A DNA stretch of 64,000 nucleotides from Neoechinorhynchus agilis (taxonomy: Eukaryota; Animalia; Acanthocephala), in assembly GCA_051530055.1 (NCBI GenBank), contig CM121341.1:16346784-16410783 (forward strand), read 5' to 3'. Positions 38,176 through 50,214 of this stretch are shown here, piece by piece; position 1 is the first letter of the stretch; every line of letters begins with the position of its first letter. A program made the translations under genes and the position numbers. A model generated the notes under the pieces. It saw nothing but the letters and a program-made list of their open reading frames with translations. It did no database searches and was not told the DNA's origin.

Positions 38176-40969
38176 ATGGTTCAACTGACTACAGTTGCAT
38201 GGATGCTCTTTGCGCAGCTTTGTGCATCAGAATCCCATCCTGGAAATGTCTACCGCTTGTTTTACACCGATTTGGCCGATCTTGAACACAGTTCTGAAAA
38301 TGGCGACGCGTTGTACGTTTGCGCTCGTCGATTGAACAGAACGGGAATGTACGGGTGTACTCGGTCTGGTGGTCACGGCCAATTAGTTCGATTGGATGCA
38401 TTGACTGACAATTACCGTGATCGAGTAATCGGCGTTTTGAATTTCACCGATTTTTTGGATGGAAATGTAAGTCGAATTTTATTTGAGTTTAAGGATAAAC
38501 TCAATGGTCTTTTACTTGTTAATGGCAATAACAATCTCACTGTCGGAGTAGGACATAGTGATGATTTAAATGCAGTTATTGTTCGTTGAAGAAGAAAAAG
38601 TAATTTTCAAACAAATTTTTATGAATTTTATATTTTTTTCCATTCGACCTGCATCTTGCTTAATATCAATATGTTTTATATTTTAAGTGCTTTTAAGGTC
38701 AGGCAGACGCAAAGAATTAATTAATGCTATCGCATCCCTCAGGAGCGTCAAATACCCCCCGAGGAGGAGGAGGGGCTCGCCAGTAAATTGCTTCTTTAAT
38801 TTATATATCTTTCTGAACGAAAATATTTTGAAATAATCGAAATACAGTAGAACGCCCATTATCCGGATCTGAATACTGCCCTACTCAACTTCTGTTGCTC
38901 AAGAGAAACAGAGATTCTTCAGCGAACAAACGAAGGTGTGCAATGGGGTACAGAGATCAAATAAGTTATTATTTTAGAAAATTAGGCTAAAATTTATGTA
39001 ATTATGCTCCAATTTTGCTTTTTTAAACCACTTCCACTGCATGTTAAGAACTTTGACATCTGTATTCTAGTTTTAAATACTAAATACATCACATTGAGTT
39101 TTCGGTAATCTGAAAAATCTCGTATCCAAATGATGTTCGGTCAAAATTAATTCGGATAAAGGACGTTCTACTGTACTCTCATTGGTTTGGGGATGTGTCG
39201 ACTACAAACGACCCACATCCAAAAAAATAATGTTGTCTCCATTTTTCGAAACGACACATCCATTTGACAAATATTTTCATTTTGAATCTAAAGCTATGAC
39301 ATAAGTTTAAGGCGGCTCGAGGATCCTGACCTTAAATATAACACGTAAAATTCAACAGTCATTCTGTTTATCATAAATATATAAAAAACATACAAATTTC
39401 TTAATTAATTATTTTTAATTCAGAAATTTCCTTATTTGGCATCTACAGGGTGCAACGAGCATTGACCGGGTAACCTGCCCAGCTAATCAGTGTCCTCTTG
39501 ATCATTCATTTGCACAATGGAATACGTTTGGATCCGGGCTTGCGTTCATGAACATACCCTTTCCAATAATTGGATTTCGTTCTATCGATGTATACCGAGC
39601 AGTTCATAATTGCATATCCGTTCACGGCGACCTATGCCATTGCCAATTGCTTCGACGAATGGCAGCGTATGGCAATGCCGAAATCTGCTATCGGCGAGGG
39701 CAACTGATGAACATCGCAAGCTTACTCACTTACTTTAGACCAACTCACTTCTGTGATCCTCTTGGATTCAAGAACATTCTAATATCTACGCCCACAGATG
39801 ACAGCGTCACTTTAATCGTTGCTCCAATGGACTCGGTGACGATGTTCACCAAATACTCTGCAGGCGCAATCGACCCGGGAACCAGTTTAATTACAATTTT
39901 AGCGCTCGCTGAAACCCTAAGAAGGCATTCTGTTAAAAATGTCGCTTTTGCACTTTTCAGTGGAGAGTCTTTTGAGAACACAGGATCAATGAGATTCGCA
40001 TACGATTTAAAAAATGGGCTCCTGCCTTTGAATTTGTCTCGAATTAATAGGCTCGTTGAAATCGGAGAAATGTCTGGATCTCAAGTCTTTATGAGATTTG
40101 CTATTGATCCTACTGACGATTTGAAGCAGGTTCTAAATGAGACTGGAGTTAAAGAAGGACATGGCGGTCTTCCTGCATGTGCTATACGGTCATTTTTAAA
40201 ACATTTTCCCACAATGCCTCACGTCCATCTTTCGTCATATTCTAAACAATTTGAAAATCGATTCTATCATAGTATATTCGACCTCGATTTCGACACAAAT
40301 GACCATTATTTTAACAACCTCGATAAAAAAGCTCATTTTGGATTTATAGAGGGAAAATAGAAAGTCCGAAATTTGCTAAATACATTGACCGCATCAATCT
40401 TCAACGTTCTTAAACAACATTTTCATAACGATTCTCGTCCACGTGTCAACCGCTCTCTTGTTAACAAAATTAGTTTCTGTTTGACTCGCACAATGAACTG
40501 TTCGCTCCTTAGGAACCTTGCTCATAATCTTTTGAACGATTCCATTCAATTTCCCGATCGAAACTTTAACTATCACTTCTATGAGGGCTTGGATTCCAGT
40601 CATGCTGAAATTGTAGCTCTTGCTACTCTGTTCATGTATGCCACAAACACAACTGACATATCGACTTCAGACTCAAACTCTACATCTAAACGACTTGACA
40701 TCCTTGATGCAACTTCTCCTGCATTTTTTGCCAACGAAAAAAATACAATCGTCTATCCGATGTGGGCTGAAAGTGCCCAGATAATGAATAAACACGAACG
40801 ATATGGAGCAAGATTGTACGTTGTTCCAAGCCAAGGAAGTGGCCTCACTTATCTTCTATTTGGTTTAGTCGTGCTGGTTTTGTCTGTCTGTGGATCATTC
40901 GGTGTCAAGAAAATTGCACAAGAACGGAGCAATTTATGTGAAGAGGTTCCTAATGCATCGGAAACTTAA
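38176..40969 (+). CDS. NCSTN: Nicastrin (gamma-secretase subunit); modelled exons 38176-38569, 39474-40309, 40361-40969 (612 aa)
   Basis: Signal peptide, CARRLNRTGMYGC, CP...WNTFGSGLAFMNIPFPI, peptidase-like MDSVTMF...SAGA...FALFSGESFENTGSMRFAYDL, NRFYHSIFD, MWAES and a C-terminal TM helix; the joined frame is open (1839 nt). Confidence 0.92.
38570..39473 (+). other. Putative non-canonical intron, 904 nt, TAA|AT...TAA|
   Basis: Removal gives GHSDDLTCP (GFSxxxxCP spacing); the ends pair. Confidence 0.65.
38814..39315 (+). repeat. 502-bp dispersed duplication, copy 2, containing MITE copy 2 (38845-39173), inside nicastrin intron 1
   Basis: Near-identical to 538-1039; the right TIR here is the better match (GGACGTTCTACTG|TA). 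Confidence 0.95.
40310..40360 (+). other. Putative non-canonical intron, 51 nt, TAT|TT...TAG|
   Basis: Single in-frame TAG between two nicastrin ORFs, no in-phase GT donor after the conserved HSIFD, and the segment folds into a hairpin. Confidence 0.65.
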
Positions 40970-41068
40970 ATCATCTTGTAGTTCACAATAGTGAAATGAA
41001 CAGTCGAAGTGTAAGGGTTTTAATGTCTTGACTAAGAAACAATCTTCAGAGTTTTATATAAAGTAGTA

Positions 41069-41697
41069 ATGAAACATTCTAGTAATGCTCAGTCGACTAT
41101 CCAATGGATTTCCGAACGTTTAAATTATGTGTTTTTTTACTTTTTCGATTCGCAATCAAAAACGTTTGGTGAGTACATAAAAAGTTTTACAAATATCACA
41201 CATACTCAGCTTTTCTTTTATATACGTCTTCTGGCAAGCCGGTTATATTAATTAAGTGTTTAAATCATCCCTTACTCGAATTATTTTTTGATTTCTAGGC
41301 ACACAGTCACATCGATATCTTGCATCAGAGAAGTGATTGAATCACTTAAAACAATGAAACTTATAGTAAAGAGTTTGTACGACCCTCCCGATTCTCAGAT
41401 ACCTCTCAAGGAGGCGAGACTCATCAGTGAGTTTCCTCAAGTCAGCGGTAATTCGTTCCCTTTGGTTATGAGTCATTGGCTACCAGAGTTCAATCACTTC
41501 TCTGATGCAAAACATCGGTTGGCTGTGTGCCTGAACGAAAAAGCCGAGTACGATATTATTTAGACACTTAATACTCAGATTTAGTTGTAAAATATCAGCA
41601 GAATTATTTCCCGCATTTGTTTTAATCGGATAGGCAGTTCGCATTGGATGAACAGCTTCTGATCCGGCTAATTGAGAAAATTCTTGATTATTTTTAA
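41069..41697 (+). CDS. Possible small multi-exon gene, weakly dynactin subunit 3 (p24)-like; exon structure unresolved
   Basis: TTTCTAG acceptor before ORF 41288-41563; SISCIREVIESL..YDP..IPLKEARLISE..LPEF and a possible last exon QFALDEQLLIRLIEKILDYF* resemble DCTN3 only loosely, by eye. Confidence 0.3.
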
Positions 41698-42420
41698 ACG
41701 GCTTGTCGGAATCGTATACTACAGTTGCTTAAACTATGCGATTTACTAAAATTAATTTGACGTAGTTAGCGAAAAAATCGGTTCCATAAGATATTTTGTT
41801 ACATCGTGAGATGAAGCATTCATAGAGTAAAGAATATTTAAACGTTTAAAGGCGCTTATTTAAACGAAGAAACACACTTAGTTGTACGCAACGTTCTTAG
41901 GTTGAACAGGTTTATCGTGTTCGAATAAATGAGGAACTTGGCTTTTGTAGATAATTCAACGCGATAAATTATTCCTCAGGAACGAATAAAGAATTTTATC
42001 CAATAAAACCCAATGTTATCCCGCTACAGATAAAATTGATCGGTTTAATCAATAGTTTTCACTTAAATCAATCGACGCACTTAAAATTGTAATTGTTTTT
42101 ATTGCGAGGGTCACTATTCAGCAACCTAAAAACTTTCGATTAAAAGTTCTTTTAGAAACTTTATCATTTATCTTTAATCAATCTCACCTGTTGCTCTAAT
42201 CCTTCATTCGCCGTATATATGACTATTTTGACAATGATAGATGGCATAAAACAAGAATGCGACAATAAAAGTCATTAATTGACGATTATCAACTTTTCCG
42301 CAATCCTCCTTTTTGCATCTTCACTGTACACTTTTTTGTTCCAAACTGAATCTATATACCAATTTTAGGTAATCTGTCTATATTTTTTATCCAAGAATAA
42401 TTTCAACTTATTGATCTCAA

Positions 42421-42450
42421 TATTTCGTCCGTCTCGTCGGACTTCTTCAG
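42421..42450 (-). ncRNA. Hammerhead-ribozyme-like core, copy 1
   Basis: Minus strand CTGAAGA-A-GTCCG-ACGAGA-CGGAC-GAAA; helix I is poorly formed. Confidence 0.35.
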
Positions 42451-42902
42451 AGTGGTTTTATCCCGAGTTTTAGTTTGTAGTCAGCCTTATTGAGATCAAT
42501 AAAACAGTCTCTATTTTCTCAATCACCAAAGAACAGATATATAAATGAACAAGTTCTTTGTAATAATTTCAACGTAAATACAGCTATGAGTGAACAACCG
42601 TCACTGATACTCTCATATGAACATCGAATCTAGGAAGATAATCTTAATTGAACATCATAAACCTAAAAGCAAAGCATCGGGAGCCTACAGGAACAGGACG
42701 ATCGCCCGAAATTGTACCTGCGAGATCGTTTCTTTAGCGCAGCTTGCTAAATCCTTTTACGCCGCTGATATTTCCTTCTCCGTCTTATAAAGCGCCTTCA
42801 CTATATGGCGTTGCTTCCGAGCGTTAACAACAGCAAACGCATTCTTTCTGCCGTTATTCTCGGTCCACATCCATCGGCTTATCGTCCTCGTGATCCACAA
42901 TC

Positions 42903-45554
42903 ATGGATTCGATATGGTCGAACAAATTCTGGCTTCCACCGAATCTCACTTGGGATTTGTTCTACCAACAAATCGGACCCGATGAAGCCCCGCGACCAAG
43001 GGAACTGTATCTTACTGTGCCGTTCATCAGCACTGGTATAGTCCTATTAAGACTCCTGCTTTATCAATGGTATCGAATCATAGAACATTTTCTTCTCCAA
43101 TCATTGACCATCGTTGTTTAATTTAGGACAATCGTTATCAATCTTATTTCTATCTTCGTTTTGTCAGCCCGAATCCTTCCCATCGCGTCTTATCCTCTTC
43201 TTCAACATATTCCAACTTTTCCATACGTACTAAGGAATCGACAAAGCATCGCCAAAATAATCGTATTTCTCCATTTTGTTAGTACTCGATTTTCTTCATT
43301 CATAATGAAATCCTGCGATTGATCTTGGAAACAAAAATATTTTCGCAATGACAATTGATCTATTGCGGTTCTCGACTTGTTTTGAATTTGTGTCTGTAAA
43401 TTTCCTTTGCCAATATATCTATGCAATAGCTTTCATTTAACAAGTTCTGTTGATAAGTCCTAAAAATTACGGCAATGTATCTAGTCTGAAAGAGATTTTA
43501 CGCTGATTTGAGTTCAATAATCATTCACAAAGGGAAGCTCTGGTGCACTTTGTTTTTGATAAAATCTAAACATTTTCTGGCTTATGTTCATTTGTATACA
43601 AATGCTGACAAAAATGCTAAAAATAAAGAACTTTGTCATTTAATTCCAAATGGCCACAGGTATCAACTGGTCAAATACTTTCTTTACCAATTGGTGTAAT
43701 CTAAAATCGATATATCTCGAAATTTTAATTGTCATCTCTTTTTTCATGTCGTCTACAATTTTCCAAAAAAATGATTGGTTTAACATTAATTGTTAGCGCA
43801 TTCATATTGATCGATAAAATTACTTGAAGTCTTTGCTAATGTTAACAATCGCTAAGTTCTTGGGATTTTAATTTTTTTGAATAAAATGCACCCACGGTTT
43901 AAAACTGCCACAACTACTCATCTAAACTTCCAAAGTCTAATGCTTTCCCATTTCTATTTTCAGCCTCAAACATCAATCTCATGCTCGAATTCTGCGCAAA
44001 AGCAAGAAAATTTCGGAATCGTTGTGGCGATTTACTTATTACTTGTTCGCATATACCTATGGTATCACATTTCTGTCAAAGGTATCTCAAGTTTAGTCTG
44101 CGTTCATCGAGCTTATTTTACTAAACCGTAAATTATACAATGAAGCGAACGATTCGAAATTGTACAATTAAATATTTTCCATTTGAATTTCGCTAACAAA
44201 AATTTTATTTTTCATACAGAATCACATTCGGGTGGAAGGATATTCTTGTTGTGTGGATCAAACCCGGAGAAATATTCTTATTACTTAATATTTTGTGGAC
44301 AAAATCCACCTCTTCGGACATTGTTTTTGGAGGAAAATACAAGAACGCTTGTTGAAATATTAAGTAATAAGAATATTTCTCGAGGTTTGATCCACACAAC
44401 AGGAATCGAAAAAATTATTTTTCATGCTTTACCAAACATTTTGAAACAATCATCTAAGAAAATAGACACAAAAAATGTAGAACTTATCTGCCACTATCCA
44501 CTTTTTAAGAAATCCTCCTTTAATGTTTCGGACGTCGAGACTGTTTCTATTTTTTAGACAAATAAATTTGAAGGCACAAGTAAGCATATTTAAAAAATCC
44601 CCGAATTTGAGATTTTTCAAGTCATTCAACGATATAGGTTAGTCGCCGTAAAAAAAGTCATATTTGAATCTGAACTGATAAGAAATGAGCCTTCCAAAAT
44701 CGTCCGTTTAGCCGAACGCAGACATGTTATGTCTTAACAAAATCGTCGTAATTCTTTGTTTTTAAGAAACCATGGTTCATCCGATTGGAGCTATGCTGGA
44801 AATCGTACCCAAAACACGAACTTACGCATGATCTTCGCTCCTATTACCACCTACAGATCGCATTCTACGTGAGTGCTCTACTGATGGAAGTATTATCATT
44901 TGATTCAAAACGAAAGGTTCTCGATATTTCTTCGTTTTTTCGATCATAAATCTCTTATTTAGGATAGCAATGTCATGAGGTCCCATCACGTGATAACTCT
45001 GATTTTACTTTTTGCGTCGTACACAGTGAACTTGACCAGAATTGGAGCTCATGTGCTCATTCTTCATGATATTTGCGATATCTTTCTCGAGTCCGCGAAA
45101 CTTGCTCGATACTTTGGTAAACAAATACTTTGCAACATCATATTCTGTGGATTTTGTCTTACTTGGATAATCACACGAGTGTTCTTGTTTTCAGCATGGT
45201 AGGTTTTTACTCACCTAACTAACTATTAAAAAAATTGCAGTATTTATTCGTGTATTTTCCATTGCTCGCGATACGTGAAACCTCGATCCAGTAGCGTTAT
45301 GCGAATGCTAACCGCATTTCTTATGATCTTGTATTTATTTAACCTTTTCTGGCTCTATTTCATTTTAAGAGCAGCATTAAACGCTATACAATCGGGAGAG
45401 GTACGCCTTTACGAGAAAAAATCGGTCGATTATCCTTTCTCTACAGGTTGCCGACGGTCGAAGTAATGATTCCGATTCTGATGCAGAAGCATATGAACAG
45501 GATAATGCAAAACATAAAATCCATGAAAAATTCGGCGCCATAAAACAAGATTAG
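42903..45554 (+). CDS. CERS: Ceramide synthase (Lag1/TLC family, no Hox domain); exons 42903-43069, 43964-44081, 44767-44916, 44963-45198, 45241-45400, 45447-45554 (312 aa)
   Basis: IWSNKFWLPPNLTW, KISESLWRFTYY, KPWF..CWKSYP, Lag1 motif RKD..M..HH...R.G..VL..HD..D..LESAK and C-terminal DGRSNDSD; all five introns are GT-AG and in phase (939 nt). Confidence 0.92.
44242..44406. mobile_element. Fold-back element in CerS intron 2, ~52-bp arms
   Basis: ATTCTTGTTGTGTGGATCAAACCCGGAGAAATATTCTTATTACTTAATATTT mirrored at 44355-44406. Confidence 0.85.
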
Positions 45555-45832
45555 CAGTTGTTTAGGTTTATTAATATGCGTGTTCATAAGTAATCGGTCT
45601 GTAACTGGTTGGGATAGTTTTCAAACGAAGATTCATGAACGATTTTTACAAATCCTTAGGGTTTTAATTTAAAATTCTATTTTGTTTTTCAATAGTTTTG
45701 GATCATAAAAACACTTTTGTCTTCATTTAGAAATTGACTTCACAAAAGAAAGAAAATGTCAAATTTATCAATAACACTCTTAAGTTTAAAACAAACAATC
45801 ATTACCTTGAAATTTTATTTTATCGAACACGC

Positions 45833-47323
45833 TTCAAGGCAAGTTTGAACGTCTGGTACTTGGATGACGCGACATTGGGCGTTGACCCAAAGACGGTTCT
45901 AGAAGACCTGCAATCCCTGCTTGTTTCTGCTACGGAATTGGGTTTACGTGTCAACCCCGCGAAGTATGCACTATTGCCACTAAATATTTCACATTCTCGC
46001 ATGGCGGATATAATGCAGTCCTTCGTAGCCGTTGCCCCAGGAATCCGATTAATCAACCGGCAAAGCTTCACTCTTCTCGGCAGTTGCGTTCTGGATGCGA
46101 ACATAGATTGCGAGATAGAAGAAGAGCTTCCTAAACTGAATCTTTTGTGCTCCCGCGTTCAAGAGTTGAATGCACACGAAGCTCTCTTCTTGGTGAGAAA
46201 CTGCCTATACATACCGAGGCTTATGTTCAAGATGAGAGCAGCCCCGTACTTCCGACACACCAAACGTCTCCTTGACTTAGATGGTTTGATGAAAAAGCAT
46301 CTAGAGAAGGTAACGAACTGCGCCATCACTGATGAAGCTTGGCAACAAGCTGCCCTTCCGATCAAATACGGAGGTTTAGGCTTACGAAGTGTGGCTGGTT
46401 TGGCCCTTCAGGCATTCGTATCCTCGATGCACAAGACGGAGGAATTACAGGGGGAAAATCTCTTAAACAGAATGCCGAAGCCATGCAAACTGTTGAAACA
46501 GGGAGTCACATCATGGCTCTCGCAGACCGGTCTGCAACAAGCTCCAACCAACGCGCACGAACAATCTGCTTGGGATAAACCCTTAATCCTGACGGCTCAC
46601 AACAAACTAAAAGGCCAGATGGACGAGGTGTCTCAAGCTAGACTTGTGGCCAGTTCCTCGAAGGAGTCAGGCGCATGGTTGAACGTTTTGCCAATTGGTA
46701 CTTTGGGAACTTTGCTGGACGACGAAACAGTTCGAATAGCCGTCGCTCTACGTTTAGGACTTCCAACCTGTGCCCCACGCCAGTGCCGATGTGGAATAAA
46801 CGTTGACGTGCTCGGGAGACATGGACTCTACTGCAAGAGATCGAGCGGTCGTTTCCCAAGGCACGCAGAGCTCAACGCGATCATTAGCAGAGCTCTGAAC
46901 TCGATCCACGTTCCAACCATCCTGTAGCCCAATCACTTCTGTCGCTCGGATGGTAAGCGTCCCGACGGTATGACCGTTTTCCCTTGGAAAGAAGGGAAGA
47001 GTCTAATTTGGGACGCAACATGCGTGGACTCACTCGCCCTGTCCAACCGGCAAGATGCTTTAGTGGAGACGGGGGGAGCAGCGAGTGCCGTCGAAAGGAG
47101 GAAAGCGGAGAAATACAGTGAGCTCAAACAAAATTACATTTTCCTTCCTTTCGGCGTGGAAACACAAGGGGCGCTGGGATCTTCGGCACGAAGCTTTTGT
47201 GCCGAACTCGGAAGACGACTTGCAGCACAAACAGGGGAGCGACGCGAGAGGATTTTCCTGATCCAAAGAATAAGCCTCGCAATCCAACGAGGAAATGCGG
47301 TCAGCGTCCGGGGGACGATTTAA
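45833..47323 (+). mobile_element. 5'-truncated CRE-like non-LTR retrotransposon (RT C-terminal half, zinc knuckle, restriction-like endonuclease)
   Basis: WYLDD, RVNPAK, LPIKYGGLGLR, SGAWL, CRCG...GRHGLYC...RHAELN, RPDG, WDATC, KAEKY, PFGVETQG, QRISLAIQRGNA; one premature TAG at 46925-46927 (ILEP to IL*P) with the frame continuing. Confidence 0.92.
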
Positions 47324-47747
47324 TCTAAAATTAAAATTATCCTTTCAGCATTCTCAATTATAAAAAAAATTTAAATAAATCTTATGATAATATTTTTAAG
47401 ATTAAAGGAACATCATTGTACTAATTGAAATTGGCTTCCAAAATATTGAAATTTCAACCTCTTCAGTTTAAAGCCAATAATTATTACAATGAAATTTTAT
47501 TTTTATTGGCCACGATGAATTTTTAGCGCTTTTTTGGTTTACCTTGAATTTATCCTTGTTATTATTATATTCTTTTGAATCAGAAGAATGCTTTTTTTCT
47601 TCAATTTAAATTGGCTTCTTAAAAGAAAATGTCAAATTTATCAATGATATTATCGTAATTTTAAAACGTACGATCATTACATTTTTTTACCTAGAGAATT
47701 TTTTTTGAGAGCAACGCTTTCATTTACACACACAACAACAAAACGTC

Positions 47748-48450
47748 TCAACAATCACCACCACCTACGAAGAAGAGGCATCGCTCTCCCCTCAGTGGTC
47801 GCGACCATACTCGCTGCGTTTCCTCTTTGGATCGCGAGGCCAATGTTTTGGCGCCGGAAGGCACCAGCTCTTGTATTTCCTGTCTTGGCCTGGAGTCTAC
47901 TCGATAACTCACCAAGAGCCTCCACTCTGATGGTTTCGCCACCTTTCGGTCCTCGGCGGCAGTATCCGCTCCCTCTGGCGACTGCACCACAAACCTCCTG
48001 TTGCTTGCCGCGAACGTATCTACACACGTGGCGTCCAGGAGAAGACATTTGCCTTCTCGCCACGGGAATACGGTGACGCCATTCGGACGACCATCTAGCC
48101 TGCACAGGTTGCTCAACTCTAAAATGTTTGGGACGTTGACCGTATTTAGGGCACGCGAAATTACGTCGTTCAATTCGGCATGCCGTGAGAAACGACCCCA
48201 TGATTTGTTGCAAACAAGACCATGTCTCGCCAGTGGATCCACGATCATTCCACACCGGCAACGATGTTCGACACAAATCGGTAGACCTAATCCGAGGGAC
48301 ACTCCAATCCGAACTACTTCGTCTACGAGGAGTGTTCCCACGGATGCAATGAGTAAGGTTTCCAACCATGCTCCCGATTTTTTTATAGAGACTGCCAGCA
48401 ATCTAGCCCGGTCGACCTCGTCGCGAAAGCCTGAAATTAGAGAACTATGA
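47748..48450 (-). mobile_element. Second, shorter CRE-like element, tail-to-tail with the first, with an internal deletion
   Basis: ARLLAVS..SGAWL, HRCRCG..ARHGLVC..RHAELN, LDATCVDT, then a frame change to QNIGLAIQRGNAAS. Confidence 0.9.
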
Positions 48451-49303
48451 GATCGGGTGACTCAAGGTTGTTATTTTATCGAACTCGCTCAATTTTTAAA
48501 TATTCCTTGCGCTATCTATTTTAAGATCGTAAGAACACTATTGTACTCAATTTCTAATTGGTTTCTGAAGAGAAAATAAATGTTTATTTTATCGGTTAGA
48601 TTTTCTTGAGTTCTAGACGAACAATCATTACATTGAAATTTGATTTTATCTAACACGTTGAATTTTTAAATATTCCTTGCACTAGCACGAAATTTTATAT
48701 TGCTATTTTCGAAGAAAGTAAATGTCTAATTTATCGGTGAGGTTGTCTTAGGTTTAAAACGAATTAGCGTTGCAATGAAGTTTTGGTCTTCTCATGCATG
48801 CTGAACTTTTAGATAATCTATAATTGCAATATATTATTTTAAAAGCATGTTAATACCTTTGTCCTCTATAAAAATTGACTTAGTTAAAAGAAGAAAATGT
48901 TAAATTTATCCATGAGATTCTCGTCAATTTAAAACGAATAATCGCTCAATGATGTTTTATTTTCAGTTGATTCGTCAATTTTTAAAGCTTTTTGTTTTTT
49001 CTGATGTTAATCGTGTTCAAAATATTATTTTTAATGACTCACAAAAGTACATTTACCTTATCATTGAGACGCTTCGCCTCTATGGCCATATAAATAGATT
49101 GTTGTTTCCCTCGTACCCGGGCCATTTATACAAAAAAGATGACTGATAAAGTGACGATTCCTCGCGGAATATTTGAATATAATTTTATCCGGTATTATCA
49201 TGACCACAATTCAAATAATTTGTCTTATGTTTAAGATTTATTTCTTAAAAATAAAGATCCACATTTTTTAAGGGATTTACTTCATTTTAGAGACTAAATA
49301 TCG

Positions 49304-49471
49304 TATTGGCTGTTTTCTGGCGAAGAAATTAAATGATGATATTATTCTAAAATCCGATTGGTTCCGGAGCCACAATCTTGTACGCCTTTAACAACTAGAT
49401 TGTGGCTCCCAAACCAATCGGATTTTAGAATAAAATCATCATTTAATTTCTCGGACAGAAAACAACCAATA
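49304..49471. mobile_element. Fold-back element with ~78-bp arms
   Basis: TATTGGCTGTTTTCTG...ATTCTAAAATCCGATTGGTT..GGAGCCACAATCT mirrored across a ~12-nt loop. Confidence 0.9.
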
Positions 49472-50214
49472 TGAACGATTCAATCTTCAAACAGACTAAA
49501 AATCAAATTCTGTTAACGTTTTGCTGTCATAGCATAAAAAGTTCTTGAAAGTTTGAGAGCACCCACGGCCCACAAATCGAATGAGTTGTACATTTAGCAA
49601 ATTTTACTCATTTCATTTATGAAATAGTTTACAAAAAATCAATTAACTGGCGGAAAAACCGCCTAGGAAACATATTCAAATTAAATATTTTTTGAGTGCA
49701 AGTACCATTTTTGAAGATTTTAGTTTATTTCTAAATTGCTTATTTTTGTTTGCATTGATTTGTCCGACAACTTACAAAGTCAGGATTGCAGTTTACAATT
49801 TAGGTTTGTGAAAATGACTCCAATTGAGCATCGGCAAAACTTGCACTTCATCAGGCTATTCGCCGGTTGGTTTTAAACATGAAAGAAAACCGGTTCGGTT
49901 ATAGAAAGTGTCCTTTTAACTGGCTTCCGGATTTTAATTATTTAGTTGCCGACGAAATTGCGTTAGCTACAAATTTATAAATACTTGGTTAAACGTGATT
50001 GTTTGAGTGATTTTTCATTAGGTGTCGTTGACTCCATTCAATCCGGACCAGTTTCTTTCTCATAAAGATTTATCCTTTAATCGAGCAGACAAGTTTGTTC
50101 AACCATTCGACATTTCCATTATTTATCATTTCGTATTTAACAGTTAGATCACATTGGAAGAATCCGTAGCCAATGTTAAATTTTTAATCGTCAAATTTCA
50201 TTGTTTTTCTTCAG

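Larger units (their letters stand above)
45720..49000. repeat. Degenerate AT-rich repeat interrupted by the two CRE-like elements
   Basis: Recurring AAATGTY(A/T)AATTTATC...AAAACRAACAATCATTAC units near 45755, 47628, 48578, 48720 and 48896. Confidence 0.6.

Noticed and set aside
2227-40360. Stop-codon reassignment to explain the in-frame TAA (PARP1) and TAG (nicastrin)
   Set aside because: TAA, TAG and TGA all end genes properly in this window, and the other interruptions shift frame or contain many stops.
43120-43426. Antisense ORFs in CerS intron 1 (e.g. LFWRCFVDSLVRMEKLEYVEEED)
   Set aside because: Short and stop-bounded, with no splice or homology support.
44638-44766. Apparent CerS exon LVAVKK...PSKIVRLAE
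   Set aside because: It lacks the WRF..Y helix. The true exon KISESLWRFTYY at 43964-44081 joins in phase with GT-AG sites.
45734-45832. N-terminal part of the 397-aa ORF
   Set aside because: It is read-through of the flanking AT-rich repeat; retroelement homology starts near WYLDD.
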